A stretch of 64,000 bases of DNA from assembly GCF_964213995.1 (NCBI RefSeq), contig NC_135827.1, positions 8,804,001 to 8,868,000 of the forward strand. Reading direction: 5' to 3'. The notes under the pieces were generated by a model that was given only the letters and a program-made list of their open reading frames with translations, did no database searches and had not been told where the DNA came from. This DNA is from Mustelus asterias (Eukaryota). Numbering within the stretch: position 1 is the first letter of the stretch; each line of letters opens with the position of its first letter. Below, one piece after another: positions 1 through 13,293 of this stretch. Position numbers and translations under genes: made by a program.

Positions 1-611
1 CAGAGAGGATTTGCACATTTTATTAAAAAATAATCTACGACATTAGTGCGATGTGGTTGCCAAATTCTGATATACTTGCTGAGGCTATTCCCCTTGATGT
101 GCTAATTAACATTCTTCGCTGAAAGCTCAGTTTTGAGACAAAATTTGCAGCTGTGATCATTATAAATAAGTTTAATTATGTTTTTAACCAATTTACTTTC
201 TCATTGATGGAAGTGAAACGATCATACTAATCCATAAAGATTCCACCTGACCTCTGAGTCTGCTGTCATGTGGGAGTTAGCACAATTATTTCTTATGAAG
301 AAAGATGTTAAAGTTACTGCAACTCTCACCCCTCAAAAATATACAAGTAAAGAACTGACAGCCATATTCTGTGAGTCACAGACCAGTGAGTGGGCAGGGA
401 AGGTGGGGTCAGAAGTTGAATGTTTTTCACTCTCAATGGACAAGCTTGATATCGTAATGTGAATTTTAATTCTCAAGGCAGAAAGGAAACCTCCAAACTC
501 TGGAAATGATGCCGCGAAATACCAGGCAGTTCCAGCCACACTTGATGAGCAGTGAGGAGAAAAAGCCAAGCTTCACTATGAGGAAAAAGAAGAAAATTTT
601 AAAAACTGAAC

Positions 612-1040
612 AAAAGCAAATTACTGCGGATGCTGGAATCTGAAACCAAAAGAGAAAATGCTGGAAAATCTCAGCAGGTCTGGCAGCATCTGTAAGGAGG
701 GAAAAGAGCTAACGTTTTGAGTCCAGATGACCCTTTGTCAAAGCTAAAAGGCACAGAAAGTGGGAGATATTTATACTGTCGGGTGAGAGAATGAAGGGTG
801 AGCCATAACCACAAAAACAAGGGGAAAGGCTAAGAGGTGCTAATGGCAGTCCATAAAGAGAATGGAAGGTGTGAATGGCCAAACGGCAGAGAAGCTGAAA
901 TCAGAGGGTTAAACTGTGACAGATGAAGATGTTGTTGGGGGGGGGGGGGGGGGTGGAGATGGGTGGAAGAGAGATAAAATTGAGAGAAAGGGGGAAAAGG
1001 GGAAGCAAAGTGGGAGAAAAGATAAAAGGGGGATAAAATT
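612..1040 (-). mobile_element. Second PLE-type family, 3' end/pLTR with hammerhead-like motif (706-745)
   Basis: Reverse complement of 40730-41172. Motif AGCT-TTGACAA-AGGGTC..GACTC-AAAAC-GTT-AGCT. Confidence 0.7.
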
Positions 1041-1621
1041 TTAAACCTGAAGGAAATAGCTGAGAAGAATGTTGAAAACAAAATTGCCAAGTACACTGCA
1101 GTTCTGAAAGAATATGGTGTTCTTTTTTAATATATTCACTCAGAGACATTGACAATCATAGAATCCCTACAGTGCAAACAGAGGCTATTCAGCCCATCAA
1201 CCTGCACCAACAATAATTCCACCCAGGCCCTATCCTTGTTAACCCCATGTATTTACCCTGCCAATCCCCTGACACTAAGGAACAATTTAGCATGGCCAAT
1301 CCACCTCACCCACAGCTGTGGGAGGAAACCGGAGCACCCAGAGGAAACCCACACAGACACGAGATGAACATGTACACTCCTCACAGACAGTGACCCAAGG
1401 CTGGAATTGAACCCGGGTTCCTGACACTGTGAGGTAGCAGTGCTAACTACTGTGCCACCAATAAGCGCTGTGGAAAAAAAAATACCACAATGCCACTTGC
1501 TCGGGCCAGAGGTCTGTGCTACAAAGAAATGTTAGGATAACCTTGGACTTCGGTCTACAGGCAAAATCAAAGGAAATAAAACTTTACAAGACAAACAGGA
1601 GGACTGAGGAGAATAATTTAC

Positions 1622-1738
1622 AGTAAGAAGTTTAACAACACCAGGTTAAAGTCCAACAGGTTTATTTGGTAGCAAAAGCCACACAAGCTTTCAGAGCTGC
1701 AAGCCCCTTCTTCAGGTGAGTGGGAATTCTGTTCACAT
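1622..1738 (-). mobile_element. Neptune pLTR mini-insertion with hammerhead
   Basis: Homologous to 51750-51853. Minus strand CAC-CTGAAGA-AGGGGC..GCTCT-GAAAGCTT-GTG. TSD AATAATTTACAG at 1612-1623 and 1739-1750. Confidence 0.85.
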
Positions 1739-4700
1739 AATAATTTACAGCAGTATTTCAAGTTAAGCTAATCACTGAATGGAAATGAAAAGTAAAGGGC
1801 AAAAGGTAAAGGTATAACTGATGCCACACAGCGATCAATGTCTGAAATGGTTTTCTTAGAAGCATATGTGAGAAAGAATGAGAGAATCCTTACCGTACAG
1901 AAGAGGCCATTCGGCCCATCGTGTCTGTATCACCTCTCTGACAAAGTATCTTACCCAGGCCCCTACCCTATCCCTGTAACCCCACACATTTCCCATGGCT
2001 AATCCATCTAACGTACAAATCTTTGCACACGAAGGGACAATTTGGAATGGCCAATCCACCTAACCTGCACATCAGTGGAATGTGGGAGGAAACCAGAGCA
2101 CCCGGAGGAAACCTACGCAGACACTGGGAGAATGTGTAAACTCCACACAGACAGTGACCTGAGGCCGGAATTGAACCCGGGTCCCTGGCGCTGTGCAAAC
2201 CAATGTGCCGCCACTCCACCCCATTACTGATCATCAGTGTGTGTTAGTCATGGCTCAGCTGGCAGTACACTTGCCCCTGGTTCTGGGTTCAAGTTCCACT
2301 CCAGAGACTGAATGCGAAAGTCAAGTCTGACATTGCTGTCCAGCACTGAGCGAGTGCTTCACTGTCAGAGGTGCTGAAATCAGATAAGATTTTTGACCAA
2401 AGTCTTATGTGCTTGCTCATGTCAATGCCCTTCCAAGTCTTGATTCTGTATTCAATTTTTCCTCACGTATTTTAATTCTTCACATTGGATCTACCTTTCA
2501 TTAGCACTAATTATGCAGTGCTTAATGGAAAGTAAAATTGGCTGAAGTATAAAGCTGATGGCCGCTCTGATACCAATAGTTTTCAATGTTGGTGGATCAG
2601 CTTAAAGTTAACATCACATCCACCCTCACAAAACAAGAGGCAATATCAATCTTTTTCCATAAGTACAAAGTGCTGGTCGTGAAATAAACTGACAAATGAA
2701 TCATTCAGAAACAACAAACTGCAGGATGGCATGGTGGTGAAGTATGCTCATGTGTGTAGAATGTGGTTTTGCCCCTTTGCAATCAGTTCCCAATCTGCTT
2801 CATATAGAAACAGGCGGCAGGGAACAAAATATGCAGAACCAACAGATCACCATACACCCTCGCGAAAATGGCAAAGTAGATTTGTGTAACAGTGGGAGCA
2901 AAGCATACCATCTAGGATGCTGGAGATGGGAGAAGTGTTTGAAAAAGAAACAGCAGAATTGTAAATAACAAGTAGGGAAAAGACAAAGCAAGTCAGATTG
3001 ATTTGTCAAGAAATATGAAGAAAATCAAGATGGTCCTGTTTGTGAAATCAGTAAAGCAATCTTTTATTTAGCCTGCCCACTTATCATACTATTTTTAATC
3101 TCAGCATAGTTTATCTCAGTTGGTGAGTATCTCAATCCACATCAGTGAAAGCCAGGGGCTATGTCCTCAATTTAGGGAAATTATTGTGACTTTAGTTACA
3201 CTGAGACTGCATCAGTTAAAACAATGCATATAAAAGCAGAATGTCTCTCTGAAAAAAAGACAATTGAAATACCAGTGGTTTGAATAATCTGAATCAGTTG
3301 GTGTTCTCTGCAACAGTGACAGTTGACGATGGAAAAAGACGATGAAATTATTTATCTCAGTCCTCATCTCACTGGAGCACTCATACTGTGCATGTTCACG
3401 ATAGCTAATGTATCCTGAATACTCTGATTAAATCAAGCAAGTCCAGTCTAACTCCTCCAAGGCTCTGAGGTGTATAACACTGGCCATGATATTTCCAGGG
3501 AGCGGGTGGACTTTTTTCTTGGAGGGATAAACCTGCAAATGCCAGGAAGATTGAGATCCCGCTGACTTTTATAGATATCTTGCCCGGCATCTAATCAGAT
3601 TCCGGTGCGGCTGCAGATGACAAATAGGCAACATTGCGAGTTGATTGGGGGACAGAGGGGAGAGATGAGATGGGGTGGGATTGGTGGTGGAAGCAGAATG
3701 GCAGTTGGGAGGGAAGAAGCACCGGTCAAGATCGTAGGAGTTGGGGGTTGGTGTTTTTTATTTATTTATTAGTGTCACAAGTAGACCTACATTAACACTG
3801 CAAGGAAGTTACTCTGAAAGCTACCTAGTCTCCACACTCATGTTCCCATTCGGGTACACTGTGGGAGAATTTATCATGGCTAATGCACCTAACCAGCACG
3901 TCTTTCGGACTGTGGGAGGAAACCGGAGCACCCAGAGGAAACCCACGCAGACACAGGGGAAACATGCAGACTCCACACAGACCCAAGCCGGGAATCAAAC
4001 CCGGATCCCTGGCACTATGAGGCAGCAGTGCCAACCACTGTGCTACCGTGCTGCTGCTGCCCCTTGTTGGTGTTGGTTATTATACCCCTTATTTTCAGTG
4101 CTACATTGCAAAGTCTTTGCTGATCCTGCTGTGGTGTTGAGAAGCAGGAGAGAGACTGGAGTTCAGTGCTGAGCCACCCCCATTCAGTGCAATAACTCTA
4201 TTCTGGGATGGTTGCTGCAGTTGTCTTTGCAGCAGTGACAAATGAAACACAGTTCAGAAAATAGGCACCTCGCACTGGACTGTTCAAACCTGGCAGAGAG
4301 GTGGGCGGTAGACTGAGGGGAATAAGGAGACCTACTTCAGAGTCAGAATAAAGCAGCCACAATTCAAAAATACCAGGATCGAATAATTCACCAATATTTC
4401 AGATGATTAGAACAGCCAAACAAACGGGATAACTGCTGGTCTCATTGCCAATAGAATTCACAGGCAAGAAAATTAAGCACGACAATTCCAACCCATGCAA
4501 TAGAATTCCTCAATTCATTTTAAAATATGAGAGAGAACAAGACAAAAAAAGTATGTACTTTCAACAAATCCTGGTTATGTCTTCAGGAAACACTGTCAAG
4601 AACATCCCACAGCTTCTTTCATGTGCGGAGTGGGTATGCAGAAAAATTCTCCAAGTGCAGACAAAAAGTATAATCTCCCCTTGGTTTCTAAAGGCAACCA

Positions 4701-5414
4701 TGGACACCAAACCTTACAATGTACATTAATCAATCCTGACTGGTTGACATTCTCTCGATCCCTGCAGGTTTGGAGCAGCAGTGTTGATGAAGGGGGATAA
4801 TTCTGACTGTACTTACCCCCTTCAATCGTCAAGTCCCAGCCTGAATCAGAAATCTATTCAACTCTTATTTTTTTAAGTGTCACAACATGAATTATGCTTA
4901 ATGGAAGTTGATTCCACCCAAGGTTCTATTAGAAAACAATTAATAGAGCATCTCACCTCTGGCTCTGACTTGCAGTCATTTGTTCACTCATGTGAAAGAA
5001 TACAATCATTCACTTACATCTACAATCCCCACCAGGGACTGAGCTGGCACGTTTGTACAAGAATGAGCCAAGTTGGCTGCCTGCAGTTTGGTCTCAGCAC
5101 TGGCAGAACTGACTGCTTTGCAAGCAGATGCTGGAAGTTGCTACAGGGTTTGAGAACAGTTGGTGGAAGTCGCCGCTGGACAGCTAGCAGTCCAAGAACA
5201 AGAACAGTGGGAGGCAGAAGGAGATACTCAAGAAAACAGAAAGAGTAGCCAGCGGATTGTTATCCAAAACACCTGCAATATCCACACACCAGCTTTGCAA
5301 ACTTGGTCAGTCGCATTTGAGCTTTGTTGCACTCTGTGATTGCAACACTTAAACACAGTGCCAGTTTCATCAACGATGTGTTACGGGGAACAAAAAAAGG
5401 CAGAATCAGGTGAA

Positions 5415-6140
5415 GAGTATTGTAGTTAATACTGTCAAGAATATTGAAAACCAATTTAAGATTTTCAGCCAGGCTCACAGTGTGACTAATTTGCGCATTT
5501 TGGAAGCAGCGTATATTCACACAGACAACGCGGTGGCACAGTGGTTAGCACTGCTGCCTCATAGCACCAGGGACCCGGGTTGGGTCACTGTCCATGTTAA
5601 GTCTGCACATTCTCTCTCTGTCTGCGTGGGTTTCCTCCGGGTGCTCTGGTTTCCTCCCACAGTCCCAAAGATGTGCTGGTTAGGTGCATTGGCCATGTTA
5701 AATTCTCCCTCAGTGTACCCGAAAAGGTGACGACTGGGGGATTTTCATGGTGTTAATGCAAGCTGACTTGTGACACTAATAAATACATAACTAACTAACA
5801 ACTATGCCCTTTGCAGACAGAAGGAACATGTCCAATCATTGTGCCTTTTTCAACTAAATAAAAATTTGAGGAGCAGTCATTTCCAGGTTCATTAACCAGG
5901 ACAGTGCCTTGACCAATTAGAGTCAAGCTGCCTCATTTGAAAAAAAATGATCAGTTAACTGTTCCACACTGCATTCTCCATGACAATGCCTACTTCAGAG
6001 TCTACTTGGCAATCAATTAGCACTGTCTTCTGATGTGGGATAAATTGTTGCTCCTCTGTACTGTTGGTAACTTCTTGTCCTAATGAGTGCAAGACAAAAA
6101 ACTTTGATAGCATGTCTCTTTTTTCAACAATACTCAATAT
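5415..6140 (+). mobile_element. Third PLE family: GIY-YIG C-terminus + 3' region, interrupted by a SINE
   Basis: ENQFKIFSQAHSVTNLRILEAAYIHT | SINE | LCRQKEHVQSLCLF. Decayed hammerhead GTC-CTAATGA-GTgcaagAC-AAAAA at about 6077-6110. Confidence 0.6.
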
Positions 6141-6439
6141 CATTTTTCAGAACATAAAGTTACATTTGAGGGAGATAAAAGACCAAGGCCGGAATTCTTC
6201 AGCCGCCGGCAACGCAACACGACCTGCGGGTTTCCCGTCAGCATGGGTGACATCAATGGAAATTCCTATTGACAGCGGCAGGACCAGAGTCGGGCCGCCT
6301 GGTTTGAATTTGAACAAAACTGGGCAGTGAATGGAGGGAGGGAATGTTAAAGGTGGTGGATGGGGTGCCAATCAAGCAGGTTGCTTTGTCCTAGATGGTG
6401 TCAAAGCATTACGTGCTGTGTGCTTGTCGGACCCTCAAG

Positions 6440-8020
6440 CCTTTAGGTAATGCCCGCAAGATCATCGTTGATATTTTACCTTTGAAAGAGGCATTTAAAG
6501 CAGTGCAGGTGGACCCTACATAGTGATGCATAATCACCCCGGAGACAGAGATAATCTCGGGGGTTTACTTTGTGAAAGTAATCACAGTTTGTCTGCAAGT
6601 AACAGACTCATTGACTGTGGGAGGGATCCACTTGCTGGGAAAAACATCAGGGTACGTGTTTGGTGCCTGGTGGGATGACTCGTTATACTCTGATGAGACA
6701 CTGGGCAAAGTAGTCCAAGAAGCTATGGGAAATCACCCATGAATAAATTAGGCACTTCAAAGAACAGATTCATAAGGGACGTATCCAGGTGAAGTTAGCG
6801 ACCCAGATTGCCACCAGTCTGAAACAATCAGGAACACACCATTGGTGGGACATGTTTGTTCCAGGACTGGCAGGGAACCGCCGAACTGATTGGTGGGAAA
6901 TAATCAGGATGGGGATGACCGTAGTGACGAGAGTTATGTTATTATGGGCCACCATATTGTGCTGTTATCAAAGAAAGTCGGTTAAACTGCTGGCACCGGC
7001 AGTACCTCGCTATGCTCCTATGGATCCCTGTAAGGAAGAAATAGGATAGCCAGCAGCTGAAATTTACAGCAGAATCGTTTTGGAAACCTCTGGACGACGA
7101 GCCACCTGAAGGATTCGGAGAGTATTCTCAACATCCTATTGGTCTTTTTGGGTGGTCACACAATGGCCAAAGGGGGGACTGAAAGGGTTAATCGTCACAC
7201 AAGTTTAAAAATCACACAAGCTGCCATTAAAAACAAAGGTCTTCTTATAAGAGTCTTCACAGACAGACACCAAGGTCGTTAGTCTGGACATAGCTCATTA
7301 TATCAGATATCAGCATTGGACAAGGAAGTGATCCATGTTCTAATAACCAGGAACCAGGGGCCGCACGGTGGCACAGTGGTTAGCACTGCTGCTTCACAGC
7401 GCCAGGGGGCCGGGTTGAATTCCGGCCTCGGGTCACTGTCTGTGTGGAGTTGCACATTCTCCCCATATCTGCGTGGGTTTCCCCCAGGTGCTCCGGTTTC
7501 CTCCCACAGTTCAAAGATGTGCAGGTTAGGGTGATTGGCCATGCTAAATTGACCCTAGTGACAGGAGATTAGCTGGGTTCCGGGAATAGGGCCTGGGTGG
7601 CATTGTGGTTGATGGGCTGAATGGTCTCCTTCTGCACTGTAGGGATCCTATGATTCTATGAACAGTTGGAATGCAAAAAGATAATGGAAAACAATATTCA
7701 ATTGAGGCAAGTAAAAACATTAAGTCAATTGGATATTATAATTAAGCAAGTGTAAGGTGATTACGATTGGTTTTAAAAACCATACTTTCATGTGATGTAA
7801 CCTTTTATGATTGGATGGAGACAACTCTATTCTTTTTTATTGGTATATGCTAATTACTTGTAATCGAAGCTGAGACTTTAATTGCTGATGTATTTCTGAA
7901 TTTTTCACTCTCAGTGCTCTGAAAGGATATTCAAGATCCTGTAGCTATAGTAAAGTTAATCTTGAAACCACTCCATTACTTGGTTTGACTACTTGAGGGG
8001 AAAGATAGCTTTTAAATACA
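6440..8020 (+). mobile_element. 3' end of an LTR retroelement/ERV: env-like remnant, PPT, 3' LTR (HE1 inserted in the LTR)
   Basis: Disrupted frame ending EQIHKGRIQVKLATQIATSLKQSGTHHWWDMF..WWEII..VMLLWATILCC..stop at 7049. PPT AAAGGGGGGAC at 7169-7179, then TGAAAGGG. ATTGG boxes, AGTAAA, and a CA end near 8020. Confidence 0.6.
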
Positions 8021-11000
8021 ACAACAAAACTATCACAACAGCCCCGAACTGTTCCCAAACCAGTTTGTAGCCCAAAAACGTTTAAACCTGTTTACCTTAT
8101 CATGCAAACCTAGAAAAATATTGGGTTCGACTCGAGGGATAAGAGAGCTGGATTTGGCAGTAAGAGGCGTCTTAGGCTTTTGATCTTCCAAATCCAACTT
8201 GTCACATTCAGAGCAAGTGAGGCAGCAAAGATATTCAAGTAAACAAGAAGAACAAGCTATGCCACAATATCTCTCATAAAACACTAGTTTGAGTCAACCA
8301 TTTTTTCCCCCCCGCTCACAGATTTTAGATGATGCCCAGAAAGTAACGTTAAAATCATACAATAAAACAAGTTGTCACTGGAAGAAATATCGAATTCTCT
8401 GAAGTGGTACTCAGTGCTGGCAGCATTGGCAAGATCTGAAAATTGGGCATGATTGTAGGTTTGAGATACATCGGGCTGCGTGAATCACTCTCACATCAAC
8501 TCAATCCCAGCTGCTTTCAAAACCTGTCGATACCAACATGAGAACAATGTTTTCTCTTTTAATAAATTAAAATTACTAAAAAAAAAACTTTATAAAATAA
8601 CCGGTTACAAGAATTCAAATTTCTTAAATTGTCAAATGCTGATTGGGATTTGGCAATTTTCTTGGTCTGTACTCAGACGATGGTATTCAGGATCAAATGA
8701 GGGTCACAACTCTGCATCACGTGGGGAACAGTCACCCAGCAGTTACTTTCCCGCAAATTGGCCAATTAGTGGGCAGAGAGCTAATTGTCCAATTACAATT
8801 GGTGGGCCCGCACTTGAAGCTGGAGGGCCAATGGGCCACCTTCCAGCACAGAAGCAGCAGCAGAGTGCATCTTCAGCTGAGAGGGAGAGAGCGAGAGATG
8901 GTGCCTGTGGCTGGAGACATAGGCAGGCAGATGGGGAGGTCCTCAATCCCTGTCAGGTGTGCTGGCACCATCCCCCATCCCCACCCCTGGTCAGCTGCCA
9001 GACGGCCTTCTCTGGGCAGCTCACCCAACCCTGCCCTCTCGGTGCATTTGAGCTCTGGCAATAGGTCTTAACCAGACTTTGATTGACTTTGCCTTGCAGT
9101 GGGGTGGCCAGTAAAATAGCACATTGGCCATGCCTCTGTTTTCGCCTTCAATGGGGGTTAAACATCCTGCCTGAGGAGTCATTGTGGCACAGAAGGAGGC
9201 CATTCAGCCCACCAGCCATTCCAGCTGTTTGCAAAACCATCAAGCCGTACCCATTCCCTCACTCAATTCTCACAGACCTGCAAGTTTATTCCACTCAACT
9301 TGCTCATCCAATTTCCTTTTGATTGTCTCCGCTTCCATTACCCTTGATGTCCCGGGCCATTATTACTTGCATCACATCTCTTGCCCAAAACCCTAAATCT
9401 GTATCCCCTACACCTTCCACCATCAGTTCATTGGAACAGATTTTGTTCATCACCCTTTTTTTCATTCATTCGTTGACACGAGTGTCACTGGCTGGCCAGC
9501 ATTTATTGCCCATCCCTAGTTTCCCGATGGCAGTTGAGAGTCAACCGCATTGCTGAGGCTCTGGAGTCACATGTAGGCCAGACGAGTAAGGACAGCAGAT
9601 TTCCTTCCCGAAACAACATTAGTGAACCAGATGGGTTTTTCCAACAATCAAAAATTCTTTCATGGTCGTCATTAGATTCTTAATTCCAGATGTTCTTTAT
9701 TGAATTCAAATTCCACCAACTGCCATAGTGGGATTCAAACCTGGGTCCCCAGAATATTAGCTGAGTTTTTGGATTAATTGTCTGAGCGGTAATACCACTA
9801 GGCCATCGTCTCCCTCTTTGTCTAAGCCTGTCATCACATCATACACATCTATCAAAGCTCTCCTCAATCTCCATTGTTCCAAGCAGACAATTGTTGATCA
9901 TGTTAGCAATGTGGGACCCTGTAAGCATAAACCAAGGCTAGCTTCGGAGTTAGTTGAGAACAGATGTTGCTCATTAAAGCCTCTATTTAAGAGCTGGGTT
10001 TTCCCCCAGTCTGGGGTTGCTTCTGGACAGGGAAAGGGTTTGAAAGGGAGGCATGGGAACTAGTATTTGTACTGAACTCTAATATAACAATAAAACTGTT
10101 GTGAGTCACATGATGTCTTCTGTTGCCTGATTAGGTAAATGACTATCCACCTGTTAAACAATTGTGAAACTGTCCAATTTCATGACTGATTTGATGCAGG
10201 AATGTAACTCTTAGCTTTGTGGAAATTAAATAGACTCCCTGGAATTCAGAAATCAGATTACCCAAATACTTACGCATCAAAGGTCCTTCCAATTGTACTT
10301 ACAAGGTTAGAATTAGATTAGTGACAGCCATAAGATGGCAAGTGGGCCTGTTTCACTGGGTAACTGAAGACATCTGAGGAGAATTGTCCTGCCTTTGTTA
10401 GGGATGCAGATTATTCACGTAATATCCCAGGTCAAAGTAACTGCTAAATGGGGGAAGATCTTAAAATACCCGTATACTTTTCAGATCAAAGCGATGTTTT
10501 GGAAACTAAAGTTAGTTAGTTTAAATCTCTATCTGGGACATCGTAGTCTTGTTGCTGTGGGGATAGATTGCAGGGAGGCAGTATTTTGTTTCTCTATGTG
10601 CTTTCTCACAGGCAAAGGCAAGGAGCGAAAGCTGCCGGCAATGAGTGCTTGGAAGCGACTGAGGCGAGCAGCAAAGGGCTATCAAAAACAAGGGTGCTTT
10701 TTGATTTTGGAGTTGAGCGACAATGCATTGAAGTCCATGTTTGAGTCGAGATGCCCACAGTTGTGTGGTTCTTAAACAGAATTGGAGAATCGCCTAGCCA
10801 AATGTTAGTGGAAGGACCCCAAGAAATGTCGTATTTCGGAGAGCAGCAGGAACATTGAGGAGAATTAAAGTGAATTCCCCAGAGCTGTGGCACATCTTGG
10901 TTTGTTTGCAGGAGAAATGAATGAACACTCAGGATCTGGTAATATAGAGGGAAACTCTTGGATGTAATTGCAAACAGAAGAGGAAGGAGTCTATTAAGAT

Positions 11001-11568
11001 TATTGGTGTGAAAATCTAAATGTTTATTGTGTTAAATGGGGAGGCAATGGCCTAGTGGTATTATTGCTAGACTATTAATCCAAAAACTCAGCTGATGTTC
11101 TGGGGACCCAGGTTCGAATCCTGCTGCAGATGGTGGAATTTGAATTCAATAAAAATAAATCTGGAATTAAGAATCTACTGATGACCATGAAACCATTGTT
11201 GATTGTCAGAAAAACCCATCTGGTTCACTAATGTCCTTTAGAGAAGGAAATCTGCTGTCTTTACCTGGTCTGGTCTACATGTGACTAATGGATAAGGTCA
11301 TCACTGTCCCCCTCATGGTCTGGTCTACATGTGACTCTACATGGCTGGTGGGCTGAATGGCCTCCTTCTGTGCCACAAATTAATTTTTAAAAGTAGCACT
11401 TGTTTGTTTAATTCTTGTCGAGTAAATCCTTTTATTTAAAAACAAAATCTTGTGGCGTAGTTCTTTCAGGTAGTAGCTGAGAGTTTGAATTTGCTTTTGA
11501 AAGTTACTGTTCTGCCTCTAAGCCATATCACATTATGCAGGTACAATGTTATAGTTTCTGCTGTTGGT

Positions 11569-11588
11569 CACACACACACACACACACA
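11569..11588. repeat. (CA)10 microsatellite
   Basis: Read directly from the sequence. Confidence 0.9.
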
Positions 11589-13147
11589 TGGCAGGCTGTA
11601 CCCAGTCTCATTACACAGGCTAGATTCATGTTCAACTTCTGTATCTCGGACCTATCTGTTCAATCTGGTTTCCATCAGCTGAAGCAGTTCAAAAATGCAA
11701 GCATTGTTGTTTGGCTAGAGAAGGCAGACTGAACAGCTGGGAGGCAGCTTACGGATGTCAGGCTTCCAGGATTTGAATCATTTTTTGTTTAAAAATCAGC
11801 ATTAATAGACTCTAACAACAATTAGCAGCTCGTCGAACAGCGTTAAGCAGCCTGATTTTTCTCGGGACGTTTAAAGCCAGGATTAATTCTTCAACATTCA
11901 TGTTTCAATTCAAATGGAAAGATGCAGTGACGAGTTGAGATTCAGGATTATCTTGTTGCGATGCAAGTGGCAGATTTTATTTTTTGTTCATGAAACGGTC
12001 ACAAAGTGTGACACTTAAAAAGTTTCAGAACTGTTACAACAAAATACTAAAAAGATAACCACTCTCCAGGAACGTGAGAGGTCGTAAATGGTGCATCTGC
12101 TTTGGGGCAAAAAATAATATAAAGTTTACCGATTCAGCAATGTTAAGCGACATCTTTTCAAAATTCACAGTGGTACTCAGCTGAGGAAATCCTCACATTT
12201 CTACAAACTTTGTGAGATTAAGGATTGAAGGCAGCAAGAGATTGCACTGTGTTGCTGAGGGTCTAGTTGACTGCATTAATGCAGCTCAACTTGGCTTAGC
12301 TTAGCTTAACTCAGATAAGGGCATTAGCTTTTTCTTTAATCTTTGCTTTCTCTCATATACTCGCATAGTTTATTCGAGAGAAGATCAGGTACATCAGAAA
12401 GTTTGATAGAGATGTCCATGTGTATCATTGAGCCTTAGCTATAGGTGTCAGCTTGGGAAAAAGGAAATGGGTGAGAATTCTGCAATCGGCAGAGAATGGA
12501 CGGTACTCGTTGTTCACTGTACTTAGTGCAACTTGTGGTAATTGTGGCGAGTCAAAATAATGTGGTGCTCTCGACAGGGATCCTTGGACCTGTGTTGAAG
12601 AATCCTGCGATACGCAGACTGCAGAATTCAATTCCATCACACCTGTGTTTTTGGCACCACGGGTGCTAGTTTACATCCAAAATTCCTGCACACACACATT
12701 GGTGCGGGCTGTGCCAGGTGTATTGTGGATATATCAGTTGTGCTAGTGCTACAGGCGTGTATGCAAGGTAGACAGATCGTGATATCGGTCAGTGTGTCAT
12801 GTTGACTGGACTCGAGCGGAGCCATTTTTGACCTCAGTACTTCAGCCAATACCCACTCTGAAACTCTTACAGTTGAACATACAAACATGCATTCAGTATT
12901 GGGAATGAGCCTGCTGCCCACATCCCGCCCCCACCCAATCCCCACCCAGCTGCTGCTCCAGTGCAGAATGGATCATCAGCCAATAATCAGGTTCATTGTC
13001 CACTGATTTCTACTGGCTATTGCTTTATCAGTCAAAATGCTGGTTGTTTGGACTGCCATTTATATCCAGGGAAAGTCCAAAGGGAGAGGCTTATTATGTG
13101 GTGAAGGTCTTGGTTCTGACTATGATGGCTCCTTAGGCACTTCGAGT

Positions 13148-13193
13148 CTTATTGTGCTTACCCCAGTCCAACGCTGGCATCTCCACATCATGA
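13148..13193 (+). mobile_element. Neptune pLTR 3' tail fragment
   Basis: cttattgtgcttaccccagtccaacgctggcatctccacatcatg matches 51850-51893. Confidence 0.7.
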
Positions 13194-13293
13194 CTAATTC
13201 GACACCAGTTATTGGTACAGTTCTATCAACCCAGCATTTAGACGGAACAGTGTTTCTACATGAACCACAGCACTGCTTCACTAAGGACACATT

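Noticed and set aside
3340-3400. YEC motif on the minus strand, like the second half of Ig2
   Set aside because: It lacks the rest of the D..G.YEC.A.N pattern; the next IgLON exon was not found in the window.
9900-11530. Possible solo LTRs (also 15820-16045, 36233-36450, 48370-48800)
   Set aside because: LTR-like composition only; I could not fix TG..CA ends, TSDs, PBS or PPT.
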